Part shown: in pieces, positions 8,991 to 23,664 of the stretch
How positions within the stretch are numbered: the first letter of the stretch is position 1
Layout: the number at the start of each line of letters is the position of its first letter
NCBI GenBank assembly: GCA_051294375.1
Contig: JBJCIZ010000451.1
Coordinates: 1-43,942 of the forward strand
Length of the DNA: 43,942 nucleotides
Origin: Paraspadella gotoi
Taxonomy: Eukaryota; Animalia; Chaetognatha
Direction: 5' to 3'
Notes under the pieces: generated by a model
What the model saw: only the letters and a program-made list of their open reading frames with translations
Database searches by the model: none
Told to the model about the DNA's origin: nothing
Translations under genes and position numbers: made by a program

Positions 8991-11900
8991 ATCCCCATCA
9001 CCACGTGCCACAAGCCGGCAACACTCATCCCGGCAGCCACCTTTCACCTCCACCCAGGCCCAGCCCCCAACCAGCCCAAACACGACCAACGATACAACCA
9101 GCACCCACTCCCCCAGACCAGATCTGGTCGCAGACCGGCCGCTACACTGCGCGCCTGGCACGTCGCCGTGACAGGGCGACCCCGGGACCGACTGGTGCCG
9201 CCCTGGGTGAGCCCGATGCGCCGCTGAGGTCCGGGGCCGGTGCCCCTACCGGGTCATCCCCGATCACCGGCCCCTGATGTTGGTGGTGCAGGGTGCAATA
9301 TGACGCATCTTTATATCAGTCATCATTCACTCATCATCATTCAAGTCACCAGGCCTCACCAGCATTCCGCATCAACTTCACTTCTTACGCTCCGCCCTCG
9401 GCACCACGACATTCCAGAGGCCCCACACTAATACCGGGTCACAGGCATCCGAGCTCAGGCGCGCGGGCGCGGCCTGCTGGCTGGCCGGAGGGAACGGGCG
9501 CAGGCGATCACTCAGCATCACTGGCCGGGAGATTTCGGGGCGCCCACGACAACGCCATTGCATCATCGCATCAACATTTTGTCTGGAATTCCAATGGCTT
9601 CAGGTCACGGGCGGGAAGAGGGGGGGGTGGGAGGGCCGGAGGTGATTTTGACGACTGAGCCTTGGAATGCAGTATTGATGATTGATTGATGTGTCTTTAC
9701 CAGCAGTAATGAATCTGGACCTATGAACTCACATTTATCGCTTCGCTCTTGGTCCCACACCGTATGATTGATCACTGGAGAATGACGATTTGTCAGATGG
9801 CAGTTATTAGACCATTTATTGCGAAGTACTAATTAGCTTGCAGAGAAACAATCAAAGAGATCCGTTTAGTTCTTATTCGATGATGCTCTGTCTGTTTGTC
9901 AGTAATTGCCTCTTTCCTATCCTATACCTTTCCCTCCCGCGTCCTCCGGTCTCTCCCTCCTGTCCTCCTCCGTTGCCACGCGCGACCAATCTCTCTCCGT
10001 CCGACGTCTGTCACCCCACTTGACTTTTTAAGAGCGAATATTATCCACGAGTGTATCTACGGCGCTGATTACATTTTAAATGTGTGTCCACTGTGCTAAA
10101 TAATTTCGTAGTGTTCAAATCTGATTGAGTTGGACAACAAAGTCTGGTCCCACAAACGGTTATCTCTTATGAGACTAGCCGTAAATCACTAGATACAACT
10201 CGTGAGTAATATCGTAAAACAAGGAACCAGACCGGATGCGGATACAAAGAAAATGGAGAGGAGTTAAAAGAAAGTAACGGGGATAGCCGCCTCTTTGGCC
10301 CCCAGCTTATCGGTCTTAACACATCCGCCTTCATTTCATTCATCAGTCATTCATCACATTCATTCATCATCATCATCATCATCGCTGCCGTCAGGTCAAT
10401 TCACCCACCTCCCCTTCTCCATCTTTCCTTCAGCGGAGGGTGCTCTGCCAACATCACCCCCAACCACATTACCGGCCCGGTCACCCACCCCGACCTCAGC
10501 GCCACCCCTCACCCATCGGACATTCTTCAAATGCCGCGCGGCATTAATCACAATCTGGTGAAGGACTCGGGGTCGAGTCCCTCGTCATGGAGAAGAGAGA
10601 GATGAGGGGGAGAAAGGTGCGGAAAGCGAGGTAGAGCAGAGGATGGAGAAGGAGAAGGATGAGGGAGAGTCATCGACTGGGACAAATTGCCCACAGGGCC
10701 AAATCAGTCCCGTATTGGGTCCAATCCCCGATCTTCGGTGCCAGCTAGGTATCCTCCCTCTCTCTCCTCTCTCTCTCTCTCTTTCTCCTCGTCCTCTCCC
10801 TTCTCTCTCTCTCTCCTCCCTCTTTCTCCTCTCTTTCTCTCTCTCCCCTCCCTCTCCTCTCCTCTCTCTCTCGCTCACCTCTCTGTTGAACGGAAAAGGA
10901 TCATTTTAGGAAAAGCAACTAGTCCCACGCCGACGAAACGCGGAATAATCCTTGTCAACATTCCATTCCCTCCCTCCCCTCTCTCTCCTTCTTCTCTCTC
11001 TCTCTTCTCTCTCTCTCCCGTCTTGCTTCTCCCCTCTCTCTCTCTCCCTCCCTCACCTTGTTCCCTCTCCGACCCAGATTCTCCCATCCTCGTCTTCCTC
11101 CCAATTCTCCTCTCTCTCTTCCCTCTCCCTCTGCTCTCTCTCCTCTCTCTCTTCTCTCTCTCATCTCCTCTCTCTCTCTCTCTCTCTCTCCCTATTCCCG
11201 TTCCTTTGTTCACGCTTCGTATTTTTTCGAGTCCATTACCCCCTTATTATTTTTGGTCGCGGTTTTTATTTTTTCCTTTTTTTTTTTGCACATGCGTGAC
11301 GCTTAAAAAAAAAAAAAAACCAAAAGTGGTAATGTCGACCATTTTAGCATTCCCTGTTGGGTTTCTTTCCTCTTGAATATTGGCTCCCTTGTTCCTTAAA
11401 ACCGAATAAAAGAAATTAAAAAAAACAGTCGTTTTATTATTTTGTGAAAAAAAAAAAGAGGCTCATATTTGGATCATAACTACTAATATTCTACATAACA
11501 GGTGTATATATACTTCTTGCTGATAATTAGGTAATTATGGGTCTGGCTGAAACGCAAAAAAAATTATAAAATACATGCCCCAAAAAACAAACAAAAAACA
11601 CAAAAAAACAAAAAAAGCACCGCGAAAATATAGCCATCAGAAATTCCCCAAAACAGAAAGTACAATCTCCTGATTAAAAAAACCGCCGGTGCATGGGGTC
11701 TGCGGGTCAGGCGCCACCTGGTGAGAGAACAGAGGAAAAGAGAAAAGGGGAAAAAAAATAAAACATCGAAGAGACAAAGAGAAAGAAAAAACTGAACCTG
11801 CCCCGTGGACTCCTGGAGCCTGAATTGTATTTTCTTTTGATCCAACCCACAATCACCTCGTGCCGAGACCTTAACGACCGTCCAAAAAATGTATCGCGCC

Positions 11901-13370
11901 GAAAATGTGTTCCAACCCTAACGCAGGAGACAATCTAAACACTAAAATTTTCGTATTTGAATTAAATCAAGATATCTAAATTTTTTTTAGTTTTCCACGC
12001 AGCTTTCTAGTTTTAATATTATTTTTAAATTGTTCCTGTCTACAAAATTTCTCAATGGCCCAAAATTCATGGCCGTCATCCATAAAAACAATGCCAATAA
12101 GAGGGATTATTGGAATTGATGCATAAGAAATATGACTATAGATGATTCAGTAATAAGATAATAATAGTCAAAGTCCACTATTACCTTAGATATACCCTAA
12201 AATTCACCTTAGGCAATATAAACTTGGGCAAAAATTTCTAACGAATAAAAATTATCACGTTAACGAAAAAAATAAATTTGAAAAATCTCCTTTTTCAAAT
12301 GAAAAGAAATGAATAAACATTGACAAACAACTTGCCTCTAAACTCCACATCCTAATGATAATTGGATTCAATTATGTTTCTTTCTTCTTTTGCTCATTTT
12401 TGCTTATTTTTTTTTTTCTCCGCAATTATAATTTTGTTCTAGTTAAGAAACTAGAGGTTTTTCTTTTTTTAAATTAAAAATTTTCTTTAAAAGGAATCAT
12501 TGTACAAAATTAAATGTAGTTGTATTCGAATTTGTAAATATAATTATTTTCCAAAAATCATTTTTGGTTATAATCTAACCCATGCCGCGGAACACGGCGG
12601 ACAAAAGTCAAATATGGTAGACTTCCTGATATGATGAATCATTAAAATGCAGTGGAAAAATCGGCCGTGCTTCCGCGTGGCTTCGGGAGTTATAGAGACA
12701 TTTGAGGCTAAAGTATTGAAAAACTTTTATTATACAGTGAAAATGCTGTTAAGTTAATTTATAATTCAATCCATGGCTCAAAGCGGTATCCAGACTGCTT
12801 ATGCAATTGAGTAAAAAAAAAAATTTAGGTGTTTTATCATTAAAATGTCTACAGGACCAAATAAACAGATGAACAAAGTGAGCTGGCCAAAAAAAAGAAA
12901 AGCCCTTTTATATCTCCGATAATAATCAATTATTTTTACAACCGATATCATAAGACAGTGCTTCTTGTGCGACCCCTACACCGAGGACAGAATTTAAGAA
13001 TATGGCGAAAGAACTTAATAACATAATTGAGATGTTGTACCACCCTTTTTCTCGCAGTAAAAAAAATTATTTCGATGACTGTACTCTCACACATACCCTA
13101 CTCCTCGCGTGTATTCTCTTTCCTCGTCTCCTCCCTATATCTCACTTCTTCCCATATTTTCACATTCCATATCCGATCTCCCGAGTCCACATCTCCCACT
13201 TTTCGCCGTCCAACGTCCTTCAACTCCCGCCTAGTTTTCTCTCCCTCTTTCCCTTTTCCATGTCGATCTCCACCCATTTAAACTTCCTCTTCTTCCTTTT
13301 CCTTTTCCAAAATTCCCCATTCTCCTTCGCCACTTCCCCTTACCCCGTTCCCACCTCACCTTTTCAGAAA
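8991..13370. other. Probable low-quality long-read sequence (GC-rich, TCAT-like and CT/GA low-complexity blocks)
   Basis: It begins exactly where the duplication alignment ends and has abrupt composition switches, with degenerate (CT)n at 10750-11190 and 13090-13365. tcctcctccgttg (9963-9975) and atctctctc (9989-9997) match parts of the PacBio SMRTbell adapter. Confidence 0.7.
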
Positions 13371-15300
13371 AAGAAGTAGAAGAAAGAATAAGAGGAAGAA
13401 AGAAAGAGCATTGACAGTTCATGATACCTCTTTCAACTTTTCAAAGACTCAAATCTTCAAATCATCTCCCATTTACCTTTTTTTTCTTTTTTGGCAGTAG
13501 ATGGTAGTACTTACTCACGAGACCGACTCACCTACGTGCCAAGCGATTTTGAACCGAAAATTCGCCCAAATATTTATAGAAAGTTGGCGTCAAAATGCCT
13601 TAATCATTAATGTTTTCTTTTCGACTATTTTTTCTTATTTATAAAAAAAAAAAAAGTTTTGAAAACCCAAATACGTTGTTTGTGAAATTCTCAAGTTAAA
13701 TCACGATGAAGCTAATCGAGAAAGGAAAAAAGAAGAGACGTCGATGGCGTGAGATTAGAGTCGAGAAGACACGCGCATGTGAATACATAAAAAGGGAAAA
13801 TATTAATTTTGCGTATTTAATTTTAAGATATTAAACTATTATCAATTTTTAAAGTCGATCTGCTATCAGCAATCCGACTCTATAACTCACTTTTTATAAC
13901 TCAACTTTTGCGGTCCGTCGGTTCCGCCCCCTCAATATTGTCGGGCACACACTGTATTATCATGGTCAGGAACATCGAATTATGTGATAAAATTATGCAA
14001 AAAAAAATGATGTCCGTCCGTCCGTCTGTCCGTCCGTCCGTCCGGTCCGTCCGTCCGTCCGTCCGTCCGTCCGTCCGCTCCGTCCGTACCGCTCCGCCCT
14101 CCCCCCCTTCGTTCCCCGCGTCAAATCGCATGATGGAGAGGAAATTGTTCCCATCCGTCCGTCCGTCCGCTCCGTCCGTGCCGTCCGTCCGTGTCCGTAC
14201 ACGTCCGTCCGTTTCCGTCTTCTGTCCGTCCGTCACGTCCCACCTTAGCAAAAAAACACCAATTACTCGTGATTGGATGGCCATGGATTAAATTGAAATA
14301 ATGATCTGACTCATCGATATCTTGTAGTGCGATAGGTAAGTGATGTGATGAGCTGGATATTAAGTTTCGAGGAATCGTTAATCTCGAAATTTGGAAATGA
14401 GTTTAAATGGAAAAAACTAAAAAAAATATATTCACTATTTGAACACCATTATATGCTAACTATATGTGGATGGGCTTGATTGACCTGGAATTTTTTATGT
14501 GGGTAGAAAGTGGTGAATTGAAAATAAAATAAAAAACAGGATAAATCAAGTTTCGAGGAATAGTATGAGTGGAAATTGAGGATTTAAATGAGAGAGCATA
14601 AAAAACTAAAAAAACCTGTATTTACTAATTGATTATGCTTCTTTTAGCCTTTATATTAACTCTAATCTGCAGAATGGTACTTAATAAATCAAATAATTAA
14701 TCAGATTAACTTAATCAATTAGTAAAATAAAATTAATCATTAATCTACTTTTCAAAATGGTAAGAATACAAATACAAATCACTGTTCCGAGTGCGGTCTT
14801 TCTCCGAGATACTTTTAGCAAAAAATTGCTCGCGCAAAGGGCCTCCACTCCCAAGAAGGGTCAGAATGGATCTACGCGTTGGATTGCGAAATGAAATGTG
14901 TTGGGTTAGAAAGATGTGTGTTATAAAGCTGAGAGAGATATAAATTTTGATGGATTTCGGTCGTGAGTGGTAAATTAGTTTAAATGGAAAAAACATTTAA
15001 GGTCGAATTACATTTAAAAATCTTTTTACTATTATTGTGTAACCCAATAAATACATCCAATTAATCAATATATTGAGTCCCATGACTAGATTGAGTTGGG
15101 AAAATTTTGAGTGTTGCAGTAGGAAACGTCCGTATATGACGAAGCTTGATATAAAGTTTATCTTAAGTGTGGAAACCTACCAGTGGCAAATTGAGTTTTA
15201 AGATGAAAAAATATATGAGTCCATATTACTTGAATCTTTTATTATTTTTAACCCATGATAGATTGAGATGAAATTTTGTGAGCCGCGTAGAATGTGAACT
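13370..15300 (-). repeat. Noisy inverted copy of the window start, including the HINE-like element with (GTCC)n
   Basis: 13845-14400 is clearly the reverse complement of ~1-455 (e.g. gtcccaccttagcaaaaaaacaccaat versus attggtgttttttgctaaggtgggac). Weaker colinear matches occur at 13590/740 and 13390/940. gattgagatgaaattttgtg near 15260 is the reversed family subunit. Confidence 0.8.
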
Positions 15301-16870
15301 GTTGATAAGAAGCCCTAGATATTAAAAAGGTTTTGACGGAATGCAGTTGAAAAATTATGGCAGTTGCAAAAAATGATGTGCCCAAGTTTAAAAAAATCTT
15401 AAATAGCATAAGGGATCGTCTGCTATTTGCATAAAAAGAGAAGGAACAGAGAGAGAGAAAGAGAGCAGCAGTGCAGGTACTATAGAGTGAGAGAGAGAGA
15501 GTGTTGAGAGAGTAGAGAGAGAGAGAAGGGAGACATAAATTAAAAAAATCTTTAAAAGACTCAAGATCGAGCCAGAGCCCACTATTCAAGAAAATTAATG
15601 AAAAAAAAACCGCGCGAAAAAAACGAATGAATCATTGCGATTAACGAATGTTGGATGTACTAGTAAATGATTTTGAGGTAATTACTAATTTGATTGATGT
15701 AATAGTTAATTTATTGATGCTAATAGGAATGCATTATTGATTCTGATGATTAATCAATTATTGAGCGAGCATAGTCATTCACTTTCTGTGATGATCGTCC
15801 ATTCAGTGATTGCCGCCATGATTGTCATTCATTTGATTCGATTGATTGGTTCATTTCATTGATGCGATGATAGTCAATAAAAACAAACAAATGCCGTGTA
15901 TGAGTGAAATAGCAGAGAGAGATAGAGAAGAGAGAGGAGATGAGAAGAGAGAGGAAAGAAGAGAGAAAAGAAAGAGATGAGAGAGAGAAAGAAGAAGAGA
16001 GAGAGAGAAGAGAGAGAAAGGAAGAGAATAATCCACGAAAATCTCGAGATGAAAATATGGGATTTGTTATTGAAAAAAAGGCTCGGAATAAATGAAATAA
16101 TAAAAAAAATGTTTTAGCAAGGAAAAAATAATCAGAAATTTTTCAAAAAAACAAACGATCCACGCAAAGATCGGACAGATAGGGACAGACACACACAGAG
16201 AGACAGAGAGGACAAGAGAGAAAAAGAGGAGAGAGAGAGAAAGACAGACAGCCGCTGCCCAGAGCAAAAAGAGGAAAGAAAGAGCGCATATATTTTAATA
16301 ATTAAAAGATGAGAGAGGATAGAGAAGCTCTTACAGCCCCCTTTACTCGTTAAAGAAATCAGCAGTTACTTATGGCGCCGCACGCTAGCGTGAGCTATTC
16401 TCTACCCAAAGGACCGGCGCTTCGCCCACCCTGTTCGCGCATCGTTTTTTACATTAGCTGAACCCGACATTATATCTAAAAAAATTTTTATGTAAAAAAA
16501 AAAGCAGAGAGAGAGAGAGAGAGAGAGAGGAAAGAAGCTCGGGACAGACGCTGCAGAGCCGGAAACTCGTTTTTAGAAAGACAGCAGTGACGGAGAAAAA
16601 GAGAGATGAGATAGAGAGAAAGCGACATATATTATTAAACGTTTTTGTTTTGTAAATAAAACAGTCGAAACAAATAAACCAATATGATATGAACATCGAG
16701 AATTTTAAAGATCTTATGATAGAAAGCCATATTATGAAAAATTCAACTCCCGTATGATATCACACTTTTCAGAAGCCATGCCATTGCAAAAAAACGAGGA
16801 CCGAAGCTTAAACCGAAAAAAAATTCTAGACAGGACGGCCTTTAGCCCGCCTGGGCTCCGATAATAGAGT
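15300..16870. other. Probable low-quality read segment with degenerate (GA)n
   Basis: GA-rich runs at 15435-15535, 15910-16030, 16195-16250 and 16505-16535. tgttgagagag at 15502-15512 resembles the SMRTbell adapter end. The segment lies between the inverted and the forward duplicate. Confidence 0.65.
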
Positions 16871-17942
16871 GGGGCCTGCAAGTCGTTCGAACTAGACGTA
16901 TTTACGATAATAAAAACTTGGTATCGTTGGAAAAGCAGGAATTGCGAAAAATTAGCCGAAATCCAAAATTTCAGTGTAAATCGGACGACGCGTCAAAAGT
17001 TAATCGGGCAAAAAAAGACGCCGAAAAAACGCTGTCTTCCGCGGTATTCAACTCGCCGCTATTAACGCGATTCGGTTTTTTGGTTCTACAAGAAAGTTAC
17101 ACGTAGTTTCAACATCATTAGAACGCCGAATTTTAGCCTTAAGCCCTCGCTAGCGTGGATCCGGCGCCTCATAAGAATTAATTTTATTTCTACGAAGCCT
17201 CTGGTACGAATGGAGCTAATAACACATATGGTAAAACTAAATAGAAGGTAAATATACATGTTTTATACAAATTATGCTATAAGTAAACTCAAAAAAAAAG
17301 TTATGCGCAAAAAAATTATAGCCAAGAAAAAACTAAATTTAAGTAAAGGAATGCCGCCAGAGCCAGAGGAGAGGAACGGGCTCACCTTGATTAAAATTTT
17401 GAGCAATCTGGTTGCAGCGATGCGTGTGATAGCTAAAAATCAACTATTACTATTTATAAACTATTGCCATAATTGCCGTATTTAATTCTGAATTAACAGA
17501 GACCATGCCGCTGATTATTGAATTGAAAGCAATTTGCCTAGATATGCGTAGGGGCTAATTTAATATTTATATATGCAACAAAATTGCACATGTTATTTGA
17601 ATTGTAAAATACTTAGTTAGGAGCTATTTTAATGTCTCTTATAACGGCCTAGATATATTGATAGGATTCGTCTTGAATTTTGCTGCTGCTAAACAAAAAA
17701 GGAGTCGATCCGGATCTCGACGGATTTGAACAGTGTAAAGCGAGGCTTCTCCAGTTCGCAGTTCCTTCCTCCGCTGATATGCGATCCACGCGCAGACGCA
17801 CGTTGGATTGCCGCGCGGCCCACTTTGCACAAGCAGCTGGGGGCTCTCTTCCAGACATACTTCAGACACGTGAGCTCCACGAATTGCCGATCGGAGGAAT
17901 CGCGCGTCGTTTTTTCCATAGTCCCAGGAGGGATGCTTAGTA

Positions 17943-18429
17943 CACGCGATTTCAATGGGAAGATGGAGATAAGGATCAAATACTTGTAACTAAATTATTT
18001 ATTTAGTAGCAACTTCAGGTTCTATGGGACCCTGATAAAAAAATCGCGGTGAGAAACAGAAAATGTTTTTTATTTTATCAACTCCCAGTGTCCAAGTTTG
18101 GGCTTCCCTTATACTTAGTTATGTGATCATTCAAATAGAAAATGCGACGAATTTTCAAAAAAGCACTTTTTTTAATTGAAAAGACCTTCCTGTTTAAAAA
18201 ATTATATTTTTATAAAAAAAAATTAAAATATTGCGTCTCGATACTTATAGGTTCAGAAGCCTTCAGAAAAATATTGCAAAAAAGAACTTCGCTGGAAGCA
18301 AAGCCGCACCAGTTGCTATGCTTTAAGGACTTTTATTAGCTAAATAAAAATAAATAAAATATTAATCACAGTCAGTCAGTTAAAAGTTTTATAATAATTC
18401 TTCATTTCACTCCCATTTGAAATCCGTTG
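17943..18429. mobile_element. MITE, duplicate of 2063-2504
   Basis: ta|cacgcgatttcaatgggaag ... cttcatttcactcccatttgaaatccgttg|ta. Confidence 0.75.
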
Positions 18430-20419
18430 TACGTTATTGATATATGGAAAAACTATTTGAATAAAATATTGGTTTTCTTATATATTTTACTTACCATTTC
18501 TGGTGAAGTCTTCTAACACACACACATGAGGATTATATCATCATTTCATTATTTAACTTGGGCCGTTTCTGGAGAAAAGAATTATGTGTGCCGAAGGCTT
18601 AGAATCATTGAACAATACCAAATAAACTGGAAAATTAATCAATTAACCCAAACATTTTCTGCCCGATGCTCTAACTCTGAAGCAACCTTTGCAGCTTGGG
18701 GCTCATCTGCCCAGTGCCAGATCGAGCACTAGTTTCACTACAATCATGTACTATTCACAAATTAACAAACTTGAGAGACGATGTGGAATGTTAAATTGTT
18801 CTTGCTTTTTTATTTACTTTGAATTACAAACAAATGCCTTAGCCACATTTACCCAAGGCGTAAATACATTAAACATTTCCCGAATCAGAAAAGATATAGA
18901 TTAAGCTTTAGATTTGATTAAGACTTGTTTCTTTGATTAAAACCTTTGTTGTAATTGAGATTCAGCGCATTCGGATTCGCGCTATATATTTGTCAAAAAA
19001 TTAATTATAGAATAAAAAAAGGGATTTCTCTTGATGCATAGAAAGTAAGAACATTGATTGTAAAAAGTAGTTTATTACAACCTTAACATTATGCAAAGCA
19101 AAGTTTTTTCAGACATAGGCTCAAAATCATTTGATTCTCTGTTATCTAGTGTTGCCGAGCAATTGTTGAGTGTTGGTTGATAGATTTGATGTCGTTGACA
19201 TCCTTTTAAAATTTAATAAATTGTGTTAGCCAATAAATCAAGATAATGTAAGCTGAGGTCTTGACACTAGCATTTGATCTATTTTTAACAAAAAAATTAT
19301 CAATTCATTCATATTTATAAGTATTAATTTTAATTTAAAAGACTTGATAAAACAATTCATGCATCACGCATAAGTATCACATTATACAAGTGGCAACAAA
19401 TTCATATGCCCTTTTTTTTACCCTTTGATTTATGATCTTGAACTTCCAGTTATGTAACATAGAATAATAAAGGGTCTCGTGGGACTAGAGGCCAACTTTG
19501 TCAATGGCGGTGGCGTCAGAAGTTTGTTTGGGAATCTTTCCAAAATGCAAACTTTTATACATTTCTGAGAAAAACTTTCAATGGACTAAAATTTTCTAAA
19601 ATGGTTAGAATCATTAGTAAAATTAATTTTTCAATATTTATTTATAGATAGGAATTGTTCCAAAAATTTTTTTGGAATTTTGTATTTTTAAAGCAGATTC
19701 AAGATAAGCTCTATAAAAAGTTGATCTTCACAAAGTATAATTTTTTTTACAATATTTTTTATTGATAATCGGCGTCAAATTGGAAAAACCTTAGCAAAAA
19801 ATCATCCTCATCATTTATCGATAATTTTAGTAGTTTTTGTTAATTTTCAGTGATAAAATATCAAAATTTTTAATAAGTTGTAATTATATTTTTTCTAACT
19901 TTTTGCAGCCTCTACTCAGCAATCAATTAAAAACTTAAATATCCCCAAAAAATTTTTTACATTATTGTAACAAAATACATAATTTTTAATTTTAGCGGAT
20001 TACTCATGGTTCGGAAACATTTTTGCTAAAAAAAAATATTTTTAACACAATAACTAATACCAATAATGGATTCCGTTAAATACTTTCCCATTAAAATTTT
20101 GAATTTGGTCGGCCTCCTTGGGACAGCCTCATTCTAGCAAATAACAATTGTTTTGAGCAAACAAATGATACGGATTTTCACGCGATAATTTCAAGACAGT
20201 AAGCAGCAAATCAGATCAGCATGATAAATAATAGAATTTTTAAGTTTTTATTATATTTTACTATCAATAGTCATATATAATTTTTAATTCTTACTAGAAC
20301 TTTTCTTTTTTCTTAATAATGTGAATGGAATTTTTGAATTAAATAAATGTCGTTGGATTGTATAATTTTTTCCTTTCTTTTTTAAGAAAAAGTTAAATGT
20401 GACTTTATTTTACATTTAG

Positions 20420-20930
20420 CTTCTGTTTCTACTCGCCAACGATTCCATCAAAAACTGTTTAACCAGCTCAATCACACTCGCACAAAATTTCATCTTCAAT
20501 CCATTCATCAAATTATGAATAATTGGAATAATTTTTGAGAAAAAATAAGTAAAATACAGGTAAATGTGTTTAGGATTCCTTGAACCATATACAGACATAA
20601 CAATCACACACTTTTCCTACTGACATACCAAATTTTATCTCAATCCATCCAGTCATGAGTAATAATAATAATAATTCGAAATAAAAGTGGATGGATGGAG
20701 GGACGCGTTTGAACAGACGACCAGACATTTTATTTGCATTAATTTATTCATAATTCGATGTTCTGGACATGATTTCAAGCTGAATGATCGCATAAAATTG
20801 TGGGGGCGCGGACCGATCCGACGACAGTAGATTTATAGACGTTTCAGAATAACTGCCGAAAAACAAAGAACCAGGAAACTTACCCCGCTGTCCTTTTTCC
20901 CCCCCCCCCGCGAATGACACCAAAAAAGAA
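20420..20930 (+). mobile_element. HINE-like element, duplicate of 6030-6495
   Basis: Colinear with 6030-6495, ending cgcgaatgacaccaaaaaag. Confidence 0.65.
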
Positions 20931-23664
20931 TGATTTTTAATTTTTTCCTCCCATCTTACCAAAGCAACGTTATTATTAGATTATAAATATATTTACTCAT
21001 ATATCTGTACTTCTGTACAAAGACCTTTTTATTAAAGATCTGAATTAACATTTTGAATAAACTTCTTTTCTTAAAAAAAAAAATATTATCATAAAATACT
21101 CAAAAGATATTAAAATCTAATTAATCATTCAATAAAGCATTATATGGGAATACTTTATTGATGTAAAATAATTATTCAGAGATAAATCGAAACATGCACA
21201 GAACAGCAATTTTTTAATGACGTCTGGCAAATTGTGCAAAGAAAAACTTCAAAGACATTTAATATAAGTTTGTGAACAAGCATTTTATTTTTTCATATAT
21301 ACAGACATGGGCTATATCGAGTCTTCAATCTACGCTTGAAACTGTTCTTGATTATTCAGAGGGAAGATTTGCTGTTAAAGAAAAAAAAAATAATTACTAC
21401 AAAAATGTTACGATAATTAAGATATCTTGACTTGAAGAATTTGTAAAGCGACTTTTTATGGATGGAAATAAAAATGGTTCTTCCCATGTAATCATAAAGA
21501 ACATTGCTTAGAAATTTATTTTTTTTGTTAATTATATTATTTTGCCAACAAAAAATTTTAACTTCCAAAAGTAAATAGTAAAACTTAAAGGAAACATTTA
21601 ATTCAACTTAAAATGTTCAGTAACTTTTTTTCTACAACAAATGACTGTACTTCTTAATATCTTTATTATATTTTTAAACAGTTTTTCAAGGATTTTAGGG
21701 GGATAACTTGCGAACGGACACGCTATATAAATCACTGTTGCGCCACATAAATTTATTTTTTAAAATAGAATACATTTTAAACATGTTTACGTGACCGCAC
21801 ACCTTTATGAAAATCATGTATATTTACATTTCATGGTATGTCACCTTAGTACCAACAGATACTGTATATGGTGCATATGGTTCACCTCGCCTATAAGCAT
21901 GAGTGACCTCTGTGTGACCCGCGGTGTGTCATTGAGTTAAAGAACCATCAGCTCCTGCGCCCACTAGGTTCCGCGGGCTCAATTCCAACCCGCGGTACCT
22001 ACCCTGTGGGAAGCGTGAGCGCACGGCCTAATATTGACTTGAGGCGCTTGGATGTACTGGTTGCTACCCAATTTCGTTAAAATCAAACAGATAGAAAAAA
22101 CATTCGGATAAAAAGCAGAATGTCGTTCGCGAGTTGCATACCCAAATAAATAGTCTGAACAAGATTTTCAATATTTAATAAATTTAATTCATAAATAGCC
22201 ACTATTATTATTTTACCGTGTGGTACCAATGCGTACTAAATATATAACAGTTGGGAAGAAAAGCATTACTGCTCCAATTTGGTTATAATAATATACCAGA
22301 TTAGAAAAACTTTAATTCATTATATGTATATGCGCACCAAGTATGGACCATTTTATAGGCATCACCTAAATTTTTAAAAAATGAACCAGCAAACTTCCTG
22401 TATTTGTTACATAAAACAGGGAAATGGCTATAAAATTTTTTTTCAGTCATTATGTTTTATAAAACAAATACATTATGTGAAGAAGTATATATTTTTTAAT
22501 TATTTAACCAAAATATTCCCTCATAAATATTTTGACATATAATTTAATATGGTTTTTTAATATTTTCTTTAGTGCAGCGAACAGCTAAGAAACTAAACTT
22601 AATATTCTTAGCTTCACAGAGCTCTTATAAGCCCAGTAATAATTTATTTTTAAAATTTTCAACTTACCTTGTTTATTAGAGTGGAGTTCAACTGCGTGGT
22701 GAACATATAATTTTTTATTGAGTGATCAAACAATGGATATTTAGACGTGATATAGATTATATGATTAAGGAGTACAAAAAATGTTTGTTGGCTTTATATA
22801 TTTTTTATGGGAAACCTCAAGTAATCATTAATACAATATATTATATGGATATAAATATATTTCTTAATAAAATCAGTAAATTTTCAAAAAATTTTGTTTA
22901 ACAAATTGGTTTATTTAAAGTATTCTGATTCTTCACAATAAGTATATCCAAAAAGTAGTAAAATATGTTACTCAAAAATTTTAATATAGTCTTAAGTTCA
23001 GTGTGCTCAGAGTGCCTCAAAATTAATAAATTATCAAAAAAAAGGTGTTAACATAACCCAATTCTCTTCCGGTATCTTGATGTGTGTTACACTTCCCCCC
23101 TCTCGTTCCTGAAGTACCAAACTATTATAATGATAAAACTTTTTAATCATTTTTCGCCAGCGCTTAACCTAAAAATATCATGTTAACATATTTTACAAAA
23201 GTTTTCAGTTTTTTTCGGCGAATCCCAAAAACGTTTTTAAAATTAAGAAAATATGATTTTTAAAATTTTATGATTTTGTATAAGGATATTACTATAAAGA
23301 AATTCAATTAATGGACACTGTTATGCAAATTTTTTTTGAAAAAAGCCCCGGTTTTAATGTTCTGTTCTGTCGTTATTACATATTACAAAGGCAGGCAAAA
23401 AAATATTTGTTTCCATCGCCTCAATCGTTTTCATCGACTTCCACCCCTATTGTATCATATACTTTTTCAATTGATTTAATAATAATTTATTGAATAAAAA
23501 GCAAACAATTTTGTTCTGGCCTTTAGTTGATTCAATTGCTTCACAACATTCAAATAATATAATTTAAATATTAACATTATTTAATTAGCATATATTTTAA
23601 TCAACTTTTTTAGTACATTTTTTAAAATATTGTTTATTTTTTTTCTTTTATTAATGCACTTATT

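Noticed and set aside
8991-9660. GC-rich island with overlapping ORFs, a possible horizontally acquired fragment
   Set aside because: It starts exactly where alignment to the duplicate ends and is absent from copy 2 at the same position. The peptides are low-information, and adapter-like sequence lies nearby.
10585-11376. Leu/Ser-rich 229-aa and Glu/Arg-rich ORFs (also 13002-13422 and 15248-16696)
   Set aside because: They are translations of degenerate (CT)n/(GA)n low-complexity sequence.
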